This document shows positions 1 through 6,937 of a DNA stretch of 12,421 bases, one piece after another. A model generated the notes under the pieces. The model was given only the letters and a program-made list of their open reading frames with translations, had not been told where the DNA came from and searched no databases. Source of the stretch: a virus (Duplodnaviria > Heunggongvirae > Uroviricota > Caudoviricetes); the IMG/VR virus record IMGVR_UViG_2925919700_000002, positions 1 to 12,421 of that record; one strand, written 5' to 3'. The position numbers were made by a program, and so were the translations under genes. Each line of letters starts with the position of its first letter. The first letter of the stretch is position 1.

Positions 1-1146
1 TTACGCCTTCTTTATATCCTCCATAATTCCAGAGTGGGACATATTTGGGACATTATCACCAAAAATGTCGTCTATTTTCCTCGAATGCTCTGTCAAATGA
101 TTAGGCGCAAGGTGAGCATACCTACGAACCATTTCTATGGACTCCCATCCGCCCATTTCCTGAAGCACTGATAATGGGACGCCTGACTGAATCAGCCAGC
201 TTGCCCAGGTGTGTCTGAGGTCATGGAAACGGAAATCTTCAATTCCTGCACGACGACAAGCTGATAGCCATGATGTCTTGCTGTCGATGCGCATCTTCCT
301 GACCGCAGGCGTTGATGTTCCATCTGCTCGCTTAGCCGCCTTGGTATGTACAAACACCCATTTGTGATGCTTGCCTATTTGATCACGCAACACTTTACAG
401 GCGGTATCGTTCAGCGCCACACCAATGGCGCGGTTTGATTTGCTCTCTTCTGGATTCACCCAGGCAACTCGTCGCTGCATGTCGATTTGTTGCCATTCCA
501 GATTTATGATGTTCGACTTTCTCAGACCAGTTGCCAGCGCAAACTTGACGACAGATTTCAGTGGTTCGGGGCACTCATCAATAAGGCGTTTTGCTTCCTC
601 CTTTTCCAGCCATCTGACTCGCTTGTTTCTGACCGCTGGTTTCTTGATGACAGGCGCTTTTTCCAGCCACTTCCAGTCGCGTTCTGCAGCACGGAGAATG
701 GCCTTTATCATGGCAAGATGCTTTGCCTTTGTCTGAGTTGATACTGGCTTTGGTTCATAAACAGGCGGTTCTTTACCTTTCCTGATGGCGGCCTGAACTT
801 TCTGTTTCCATATTTCTTTCGTCTTTCTGTTATGCATTCTGCTTACAGCAGAGTAAATCTTTGCCTCCGAGATATCTTTACCAGCTCGTTGCTGCCAGAC
901 GATCCAACCGAGAGTCATATCCCATGCCATGTATTCGTTATCGCCGTTTTTTACTCTACGACGATCTACTAAGTCACCGAAACGCTTTTCCATGAATAAT
1001 TCATAGGCTTCGCGTTCATCTGGCTCTACTTCCAGAGATACGAGTGCGATTTCATAAGCACGGCGCTCAATATCGTCTCGAACCTCTAGGCTGCTGATTC
1101 GTTCTTTGATTTCTTTAATCAGTTCTTTATTGGTAAATGTGGTCAT
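1..1146 (-). CDS. int: Phage tyrosine integrase (P22/DLP12 IntD family catalytic and core-binding domains) with a non-canonical N-terminal ~90 aa
   Basis: 381-aa ORF, stop at 1-3, ATG at 1144-1146. C-terminal region carries the tyrosine recombinase signature ([17 protein letters not shown] ... [39 protein letters not shown]). N-terminal ~90 aa are acidic and helical, unlike the MSLFRR-type arm-binding domain I recall for this family. Confidence 0.85.
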   Translation of the reverse strand: MTTFTNKELIKEIKERISSLEVRDDIERRAYEIALVSLEVEPDEREAYELFMEKRFGDLVDRRRVKNGDNEYMAWDMTLGWIVWQQRAGKDISEAKIYSAVSRMHNRKTKEIWKQKVQAAIRKGKEPPVYEPKPVSTQTKAKHLAMIKAILRAAERDWKWLEKAPVIKKPAVRNKRVRWLEKEEAKRLIDECPEPLKSVVKFALATGLRKSNIINLEWQQIDMQRRVAWVNPEESKSNRAIGVALNDTACKVLRDQIGKHHKWVFVHTKAAKRADGTSTPAVRKMRIDSKTSWLSACRRAGIEDFRFHDLRHTWASWLIQSGVPLSVLQEMGGWESIEMVRRYAHLAPNHLTEHSRKIDDIFGDNVPNMSHSGIMEDIKKA

Positions 1147-1508
1147 TATGCTCCAGCCTCCGGTGCTTTTGGCATTACTGCCCAGTGAGTGATATTGACG
1201 TTTTCAAGGTCCCCGACCTGAAATGTCCACTGCCATTCTCCGGTTTCTTTTTGTCCCCAGGTGTACCAGAGAGAACGCCAGCCAATCAGCCAGCCTTCTC
1301 CATTAGCATCAAATAACAGAACACTTTCATTTGCTGGTGGCAGTTCAGCTGACACTGGTATTATTTTGTTTTCCAGTGCCGCACATTTAGCTTCAAGCGC
1401 GTCGAATTTACGTAACAGGTACTCAGCATTTGTTTCATTCACTTTCAGATCTCGCGGTACACATTTCCCGCGAAGAAACCCTTCCATTTCGAAAACATTC
1501 ATGCGCAT
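1146..1508 (-). CDS. Hypothetical phage protein, DUF551-like C-terminus, translationally coupled to int
   Basis: 120-aa ORF. Its TAA stop overlaps the int ATG (TAATG on the minus strand). GGAG lies 8 nt upstream of the ATG at 1506-1508. C-terminal Trp-rich motif ([17 protein letters not shown] ... [12 protein letters not shown]) resembles the conserved DUF551 C-terminus. Function unknown. Confidence 0.6.
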   Translation of the reverse strand: MRMNVFEMEGFLRGKCVPRDLKVNETNAEYLLRKFDALEAKCAALENKIIPVSAELPPANESVLLFDANGEGWLIGWRSLWYTWGQKETGEWQWTFQVGDLENVNITHWAVMPKAPEAGA

Positions 1509-1723
1509 TTGCGTAACTCCGATAAATCGTTAAAACGTTCCATAAACATCCCGTAGGCATGACCCGGTGCCAGTGGAATCACGTTGAACATCTCTGTTGC
1601 CGGGATGCCTTCCAGTACCGTGGCATTTGAAGAGAAGTATGGCTCCCAGCTGGAGCTGATATTTCGTTTTATCGATCGCGCACTGGCGATTGGTGTGCTG
1701 GCCTGATTTTGTGGAGAAAGTTA

Positions 1724-2107
1724 ATGCGTGATATTCAGATGGTTCTTGAACGTTGGGGAGCGTGGGCGGCTAATAATCATGAAGATGTGACCTGGTCGTC
1801 CATTGCCGCCGGTTTTAAGGGATTAATTCCTTCAAAAGTAAAATCTCGCCCGCAATGTTGTGACGATGACGCGATGATTATTTGCGGGTGCATGGCCCGT
1901 CTGAAAAAGAACAACAGCGATTTGCACGATTTATTAGTAGATTATTATGTAGTCGGTATGACATTCATGTCACTGGCAGGTAAGCATTGCTGCTCTGATG
2001 GTTATATCGGGAAAAGGTTACAGAAGGCTGAGGGCATAATTGAAGGGATGTTAATGGCATTAGATATCCGGTTAGAGATGGATATCGTTGTTAATAACTC
2101 TAATTAA
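1724..2107 (+). CDS. quuD: Late-gene antiterminator Q, phage 82 / DLP12 QuuD type
   Basis: 127 aa from ATG 1724 ([14 protein letters not shown]...), with GGAGAAAG 5 nt upstream. Cys clusters ([25 protein letters not shown]) are typical of 82-type Q. The ORF track's TTG at 1709 is a less likely start. Sits directly upstream of the late/lysis region. Confidence 0.85.
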   Translation: MRDIQMVLERWGAWAANNHEDVTWSSIAAGFKGLIPSKVKSRPQCCDDDAMIICGCMARLKKNNSDLHDLLVDYYVVGMTFMSLAGKHCCSDGYIGKRLQKAEGIIEGMLMALDIRLEMDIVVNNSN

Positions 2108-2246
2108 TATGCCAATTGTTTACTGAAAGTTATTAAAAATGGGGCGTTGCAACGCCCCCAAAAATAAAGGGTAATATATAACAGAAGGTTTATATAGTTA
2201 GAAGCAAGGTTGTGCTCCTAAAGGAAGTGGCTTGAGGGAGCCACTT
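2108..2246 (+). promoter_or_regulatory. Presumed late promoter and Q-utilisation region (pR'/qut equivalent); exact -35/-10 not resolved
   Basis: Position immediately downstream of Q and upstream of a plus-strand terminator, as in lambda and phage 82. I could not pick a convincing sigma-70 hexamer pair by eye. Confidence 0.3.
2133..2158 (-). terminator. Rho-independent terminator on the minus strand, downstream of nmpC
   Basis: Perfect 18-bp GC-rich palindrome GGGGCGTTGCAACGCCCC (2141-2158). On the minus strand it is followed by ATTTTT; on the plus strand it is flanked by A-runs, so it is strand-specific. Confidence 0.6.
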
Positions 2247-2287
2247 ATATGTTGGGGAGGCAACGCCTCCCGCAACATATCTTTTTC
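2225..2287 (+). terminator. Tandem hairpins followed by a T-run on the plus strand; candidate late terminator (tR' equivalent)
   Basis: Hairpin 1 at 2225-2246 (AAGTGGCT / AGCCACTT). Hairpin 2 at 2247-2280 (ATATGTTGGGGAGGC / GCCTCCCGCAACATAT, one bulge). CTTTTT follows at 2281-2286. Confidence 0.5.
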
Positions 2288-2296
2288 GTAATCAGA

Positions 2297-3394
2297 TTAG
2301 AACTGGTAAACCAGACCTACAGCAACGATGTCATCAGTGCTTACACCGAGTGCTTTAGTGAAGTCATTTTTGTCAAGCAGGTTGATTTTGTAATCAACGA
2401 AAGTAGACATATTTTTGTTGAAGTAATAGGTTGCACCTACATCAACATATTTGACTAAGTCCTGATCGCCCCATACTCCAAGATCCTTACCTTTAGATTG
2501 CAGGTAAGCAACGGACGGACGCAGACCGAAATCGAACTGATATTGTGCAACAGCTTCGAAGTTTTGAGCTTTATTAGCAACGAAGTGATCAGCAAATACA
2601 GTCATATTCTGGGTTTCAGAATAGGTAGTGGCCAGGTAAATGTTGTTAGCGTCATATTTCAGACCTGCGGCCCAAACTTCTGCATTTTTACCGGAAGCAA
2701 ATACTTCAGGAAGAACTTTCCCTGCATTAACTTGAGTGTCGGTACGATCAGATTTCGCATAAGTTGCACCGATACCGAATCCTTCGTATTCATAGGTAGC
2801 AGAGAAACCGAAGCCATCACCGTTACCTTCGGTGTAGTTATCGAAATCGCTACGATCGTTTTTGCCTTGGTACTGAGCAGCAAAGTTCAGACCATCAACC
2901 AGACCAAAGAAGTCGTTGTTACGATAGGTTGCAACACCAGTGGTGCGACCAGTCATGAACACATCTGTTTGGGTCCAGGTATCGCCACCGAATTCTGGCA
3001 GAACGTCAGTCCACGCACCGATGTCGTATGCTACACCGTAGTTACGGCCGTAATCGATTGAGCCGTAGTCACCGAATTTCAGGCCTGCAAATGCAAGACG
3101 GGTTTTGTCTTTGGAGGAACCTTGAGATTCAGCGCGGTTGCCTTTGAATTCATATTCCCACTGACCGAAACCAGTCAGCTGATCGTTGATTTGGGTTTCG
3201 CCTTTGAAGCCCAGACGAACATAAGTAGTATCACCATCATCTGCATCGTTAGAGGAAAAGTAGTGCTTGGCATTAACTTTCCCGTACAGATCCAGCTTGT
3301 TACTGTCTTTATTATAAATTTCAGCTGCCTGAGCAGACATCGCCATCAGTACTGATGCAGCTACAGCAGAAATTGCCACTGTTAATTTTTTCAT
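2297..3394 (-). CDS. nmpC: Outer-membrane general porin, prophage-encoded NmpC/Lc type (OmpC/OmpF/PhoE family), intact
   Basis: 365 aa. Sec signal peptide [23 protein letters not shown] then AEIYNKD. Porin signatures throughout and a C-terminal ...VGLVYQF ending in Phe. AAGGG lies upstream of the ATG at 3392-3394. No insertion sequence interrupts it. Confidence 0.9.
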   Translation of the reverse strand: MKKLTVAISAVAASVLMAMSAQAAEIYNKDSNKLDLYGKVNAKHYFSSNDADDGDTTYVRLGFKGETQINDQLTGFGQWEYEFKGNRAESQGSSKDKTRLAFAGLKFGDYGSIDYGRNYGVAYDIGAWTDVLPEFGGDTWTQTDVFMTGRTTGVATYRNNDFFGLVDGLNFAAQYQGKNDRSDFDNYTEGNGDGFGFSATYEYEGFGIGATYAKSDRTDTQVNAGKVLPEVFASGKNAEVWAAGLKYDANNIYLATTYSETQNMTVFADHFVANKAQNFEAVAQYQFDFGLRPSVAYLQSKGKDLGVWGDQDLVKYVDVGATYYFNKNMSTFVDYKINLLDKNDFTKALGVSTDDIVAVGLVYQF

Positions 3395-3982
3395 CGTGAG
3401 CCCTTTTTTTTGAACTATTATTAAAAAATGATGTCACTGCACGATAAATATTCATCTAATCAATGTGATTATTTCAAGATGTAAGTTTTAGTTTCTCATT
3501 TAATTTGTGAAGTAGATCTCTATTTTTATCTGAACTTTTTCTATCGAAACCTATTTATGGCTCTTATTTGAACAAAAATAAATCTATTAGCTAATTTATA
3601 TTAATGGCTGTTATTTATGGTGGTTCTATAATTCGTCTGTTTAATTTAAACCGGCTAAAAATAACACTGGAAATTATTTATTGGTTATTTGTTGAGGTTT
3701 TCTTATGTATTTGTGGTGATGTTTTGAACACTCGGTAGCATTCTCATAAATATCATTCAGTGGTTTACGTACGTAAAAAATTGGTTATGCTGTTAAGAGT
3801 GGTTACTTCGTCACACAGCTTAAACCCGCCGTCGAGCTGGTTTTTCCATTTTTTGAGTCTCGATATTAGCTGATAACTCAATACCTGAGTTATTCACTGA
3901 CTCGGAGTCAGTTACGTTTCTGCTTTTTTGCGATACGTTGTATTCCCTCAATTTACACCCGCTTTGTCTGCGAGGTGGGGTT
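3395..3982. promoter_or_regulatory. AT-rich 590-bp intergenic region: nmpC promoter/regulatory region and lysis-cassette leader
   Basis: No ORF of 60 aa or more. Degenerate direct repeats of TTATTTATGG at about 3552, 3611 and 3675, roughly 60 bp apart. Hairpin ACTGAC-TCGGA-GTCAGT at 3896-3912 upstream of the holin. Confidence 0.35.
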
Positions 3983-4198
3983 ATGAAATTCATGGATAAG
4001 TTAACAACTGGAGTCGCCTATGGCACCTCAGCAGGTAGTGCCGGTTACTGGTTTTTACAGCTGCTCGATAAAGTCACTCCCTCACAGTGGGCAGCAATAG
4101 GTGTGCTGGGTAGCCTGGTATTTGGCCTGCTGACGTACCTGACAAACCTTTATTTCAAGATTAAAGAAGATAAGCGCAAGGCTGCGAGAGGTGAATAA
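3983..4198 (+). CDS. essD: Class II pinholin, phage 21 S type, with dual-start motif
   Basis: 71 aa, [24 protein letters not shown]... Met1-Lys-Phe-Met4 gives antiholin and holin starts. Two TMDs and a charged C-terminus ([13 protein letters not shown]). GAGGTGGGG lies upstream. Stop overlaps the endolysin start (TAATG). Confidence 0.9.
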
Positions 4199-4695
4199 TG
4201 CCTCCATCATTACGAAAAGCCGTTGCTGCTGCTATTGGTGGCGGAGCAATTGCTATAGCATCAGTGTTAATCACTGGCCCAAGTGGTAACGATGGTCTGG
4301 AAGGTGTCAGCTACATACCATACAAAGATATTGTTGGTGTATGGACTGTATGTCACGGACACACCGGAAAAGACATCATGCTCGGTAAAACGTATACCAA
4401 AGCAGAATGCAAAGCACTCTTGAATAAAGACCTTGCCACTGTCGCCAGACAAATTAACCCGTATATCAAAGTCGATATACCGGAAACAACGCGCGGCGCT
4501 CTTTACTCATTCGTTTACAATGTGGGTGCTGGCAATTTTAGAACATCGACGCTTCTTCGCAAAATAAACCAGGGCGATATCAAAGGCGCATGTGATCAGC
4601 TGCGTCGCTGGACATACGCTGGCGGTAAGCAATGGAAAGGCCTGATGACTCGTCGTGAGATTGAGCGTGAAGTCTGTTTGTGGGGGCAACAGTGA
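4198..4695 (+). CDS. rrrD: SAR endolysin (signal-anchor-release lysozyme, phage 21 R type)
   Basis: 165 aa. N-terminal Gly/Ala-rich weakly hydrophobic SAR domain ([22 protein letters not shown]) followed by a lysozyme-like catalytic region. ATG overlaps the holin stop. Confidence 0.9.
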
Positions 4696-5153
4696 GCAGA
4701 GTAACCGCGATTATATCCGCTCTGATTATCTGCATCATCGTCAGCCTGTCATGGGCGGTCAATCATTACCGTGATAACGCAATCGCCTACAAAGCCCAGC
4801 GCGACAAAAATGCCAGAGAACTGAAGCTAGCGAACGCGGCAATTACTGACATGCAGATGCGTCAGCGTGATGTTGCTGCGCTCGATGCAAAATACACGAA
4901 GGAGTTAGCTGATGCGAAAGCTGAAAATGATGCTCTGCGTGATGATGTTGCCGCTGGTCGTCGTCGGTTGCACATCAAAGCAGTCTGTCAGTCAGTGCGT
5001 GAAGCCACCACGGCCTCCGGCGTGGATAATGCAGCCTCCCCCCGACTGGCAGACACCGCTGAACGGGATTATTTCACCCTCAGAGAGAGGCTGATCACTA
5101 TGCAAAAACAACTGGAAGGAACCCAGAAGTATATTAATGAGCAGTGCAGATAG
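4692..5153 (+). CDS. rzpD: Rz inner-membrane spanin (i-spanin), lambda Rz-like
   Basis: 153 aa from GTG 4692 ([29 protein letters not shown]...). N-terminal TMD plus coiled-coil periplasmic domain. GTG overlaps the endolysin TGA (GTGA). The ORF track's 4680 start is less likely. Confidence 0.85.
4912..5094 (+). CDS. rzoD: Rz1 outer-membrane lipoprotein spanin (o-spanin), embedded in the +1 frame of Rz
   Basis: 60 aa, [20 protein letters not shown]... Lipobox VVGC, then a proline-rich mature part ([15 protein letters not shown]). GGAG lies 7 nt upstream of the ATG. Lies wholly inside Rz. Confidence 0.8.
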   Translation: MRKLKMMLCVMMLPLVVVGCTSKQSVSQCVKPPRPPAWIMQPPPDWQTPLNGIISPSERG

Positions 5154-5184
5154 AGCTGACCATATCGATGGGCAACTCATGCAA

Positions 5185-5478
5185 TTATTTTGAGCAATAC
5201 ACACGCGCTTCCAGCGGAGTATAAATGCCTAAAGTAATAAAACCGAGCAATCCATTTACGAATGTTTGCTGGGTTTCTGTTTTAACAACATTTTCTGCGC
5301 CGCCACAAATTTTGGCTGCATCGACAGTTTTCTTCTGCCCAATTCCAGAAACGAAGAAATGATGGGTGATGGTTTCCTTTGGTGCTACTGCTGTCTGTTT
5401 GTTTTGAACAGTAAACGTCTGTTGAGCACATCCTGTAATAAGCAGGGCCAGCGCAGTAGCGAGTAGCATTTTTTTCAT
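5185..5478 (-). CDS. borD: Bor lipoprotein (lambda Bor-type serum-resistance outer-membrane lipoprotein)
   Basis: 97 aa. Signal peptide with lipobox (LLITGC). Near-identical to the lambda Bor sequence as I recall it. Confidence 0.9.
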   Translation of the reverse strand: MKKMLLATALALLITGCAQQTFTVQNKQTAVAPKETITHHFFVSGIGQKKTVDAAKICGGAENVVKTETQQTFVNGLLGFITLGIYTPLEARVYCSK

Positions 5479-5768
5479 GGTGTTATTCCCGATGCTTTTT
5501 GAAGTTCGCAGAATCGTATGTGTAGAAAATTAAACAAACCCTAAACAATGAGTTGAAATTTCATATTGTTAATATTTATTAATGTATGTCAGGTGCGATG
5601 AATCGTCATTGTATTCCCGGATTAACTATGTCCACAGCCCTGACGGGGAACTTCTCTGCGGGAGTGTCCGGGAATAATTAAAAACGATGCACACAGGGTT
5701 TAGCGCGTACACGTATTGCATTATGCCAACGCCCCGGTGCTGACACGGAAGAAACCGGACGTTATGAT

Positions 5769-6179
5769 TTAGCGTGGAAAGATTTGTGTAGTGTTCTGAA
5801 TGCTCTCAGTAAATAGTAATGAATTATCAAAGGTATAGTAATATCTTTTATGTTCGTGGATATTTGTAACCCATCGGAAAACTCCTGCTTTAGCAAGATT
5901 TTCCCTGTATTGCTGAAATGTGATTTCTCTTGATTTCAACCTATCAAAGGACGTTTCTATAAGATGCGTATTTCTTGAGAATTTAACATTTACAACCTTT
6001 TTAAGTCCTTTTATTAACACAGTGTTATCGTTTTCTAACACAATGTGAATATTATCTGTGGCTAGATAGTAAATATAATGTGAGACATTGTGACGTTTTA
6101 GTTCAGAATAAAACAATTCACAGTTTAAATCTTTTCGCACTTGATCGAATATTTCTTTAAAAATGGCAACCTGAGCCAT
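5769..6179 (-). CDS. ybcV: DLP12-type prophage protein YbcV (DUF1398)
   Basis: 136 aa from ATG 6177-6179 ([11 protein letters not shown]...), with GGAAGG upstream. The open frame extends upstream to an ATG at 6221 and a TTG at 6302, so the start is ambiguous. Confidence 0.7.
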   Translation of the reverse strand: MAQVAIFKEIFDQVRKDLNCELFYSELKRHNVSHYIYYLATDNIHIVLENDNTVLIKGLKKVVNVKFSRNTHLIETSFDRLKSREITFQQYRENLAKAGVFRWVTNIHEHKRYYYTFDNSLLFTESIQNTTQIFPR

Positions 6180-6464
6180 TGGTAAAACCTTCCATGTGAT
6201 ACGAGGGCGCGTAGTTTGCATTATCGTTTTTATCGTTTCAATCTGGTCTGACCTCTTTGTGTTTTGTTGATGATTTATGTCAAATATTAGGAATGTTTTC
6301 AATTAATAGTATTGGTTGTGTAACAAAGTGCGGTCCTGCTGGCATTCTGGAGGGAAATACAACCGACAGATGTATGTAAGGCCAACGTGCTCAAATCTTC
6401 ATACAGAAAGATTTGAAGTAATATTTTAACCGCTAGATGAAGAGCAAGCGCATGGAGCGACAAA

Positions 6465-6671
6465 ATGAATAAAGAACAATCTGCTGATGATCCCTCCGTG
6501 GATCTGATTCGTGTAAAAAATATGCTTAATAGCACCATTTCTATGAGTTACCCTGATGTTGTAATTGCATGTATAGAACATAAGGTGTCTCTGGAAGCAT
6601 TCAGGGCAATTGAGGCAGCGTTGGTGAAGCACGATAATAATATGAAGGATTATTCCCTGGTGGTTGACTGA
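6465..6671 (+). CDS. ybcW: Small DLP12-type prophage protein (YbcW-like), function unknown
   Basis: 68 aa, [22 protein letters not shown]... GGAG lies 7 nt upstream of the ATG. Divergent from ybcV. Confidence 0.6.
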
Positions 6672-6937
6672 TCACCATAACTGCTAATCATTCAAACTAC
6701 TTAACCTGTGACAGAGCCAACACGCAGTCTGTCACTGTCAGGAAAGTGGTAAAACTGCAACTCAATTACTGCAATGCCCTCGTAATTAAGTGAATTTACA
6801 ATATCGTCCTGTTCGGAGGGAAGAACGCGGGATGTTCATTCTTCATCACTTTTAATTGATGTATATGCTCTCTTTTCTGACGTTAGCCTCCGACGGCAGG
6901 CTTCAATGACCCAGGCTGAGAAATTCCCGGACCCTTT

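Larger units (their letters stand above)
2133..2296 (-). ncRNA. Candidate structured small RNA in the nmpC 3' region (IpeX-like by position)
   Basis: About 160 nt between the nmpC stop and the minus-strand terminator contains three consecutive stem-loops. An sRNA (IpeX) has been described downstream of nmpC in DLP12; I cannot confirm sequence identity from memory, and the ends are guesses. Confidence 0.3.

Noticed and set aside
425-741. Plus-strand ORFs 425-736 and 487-741 (103 and 84 aa)
   Set aside because: Antisense to the integrase coding sequence, no RBS, low-complexity composition. Taken as chance open frames.
1261-1533. Plus-strand ORF of 90 aa
   Set aside because: Antisense to the DUF551-like gene, which has translational coupling and a conserved C-terminal motif. 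The plus-strand product is Ser/Ala/Arg-rich with no start context.
1709-1723. TTG start for Q proposed by the ORF track
   Set aside because: An ATG at 1724 with a GGAG-containing RBS gives the 127-aa product expected for 82-type Q; the TTG lies inside that RBS.
2249-3355. Plus-strand ORFs 2249-2458, 2498-3061 and 3122-3355, and minus-strand ORF 2659-2883
   Set aside because: All lie inside or antisense to the porin gene, whose frame is unambiguous.
2297-3394. Insertion sequence within or next to the porin gene, as in K-12
   Set aside because: The porin frame is continuous with no transposase ORF or terminal inverted repeats. No IS is present in this window.
4267-4762. Minus-strand ORFs 4267-4452, 4507-4689 and 4580-4762
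   Set aside because: Antisense to the endolysin and Rz genes. No RBS and no recognisable domain.
4992-5466. ORFs 4992-5204 (minus) and 5266-5466 (plus)
   Set aside because: Antisense to Rz/Rz1 and to bor respectively. Bor identity is strong, and the alternatives are Cys-rich chance frames.
6180-6302. Longer 177-aa or 150-aa versions of ybcV
   Set aside because: The 6302 start is a TTG without an RBS. The 136-aa form from the ATG at 6179 has a GGAAGG RBS. Upstream starts cannot be excluded, so this is noted as an ambiguity.
6299-6632. Minus-strand ORFs 6299-6538 and 6426-6632
   Set aside because: They overlap the ybcV/ybcW divergent promoter region and ybcW antisense, and lack start context.
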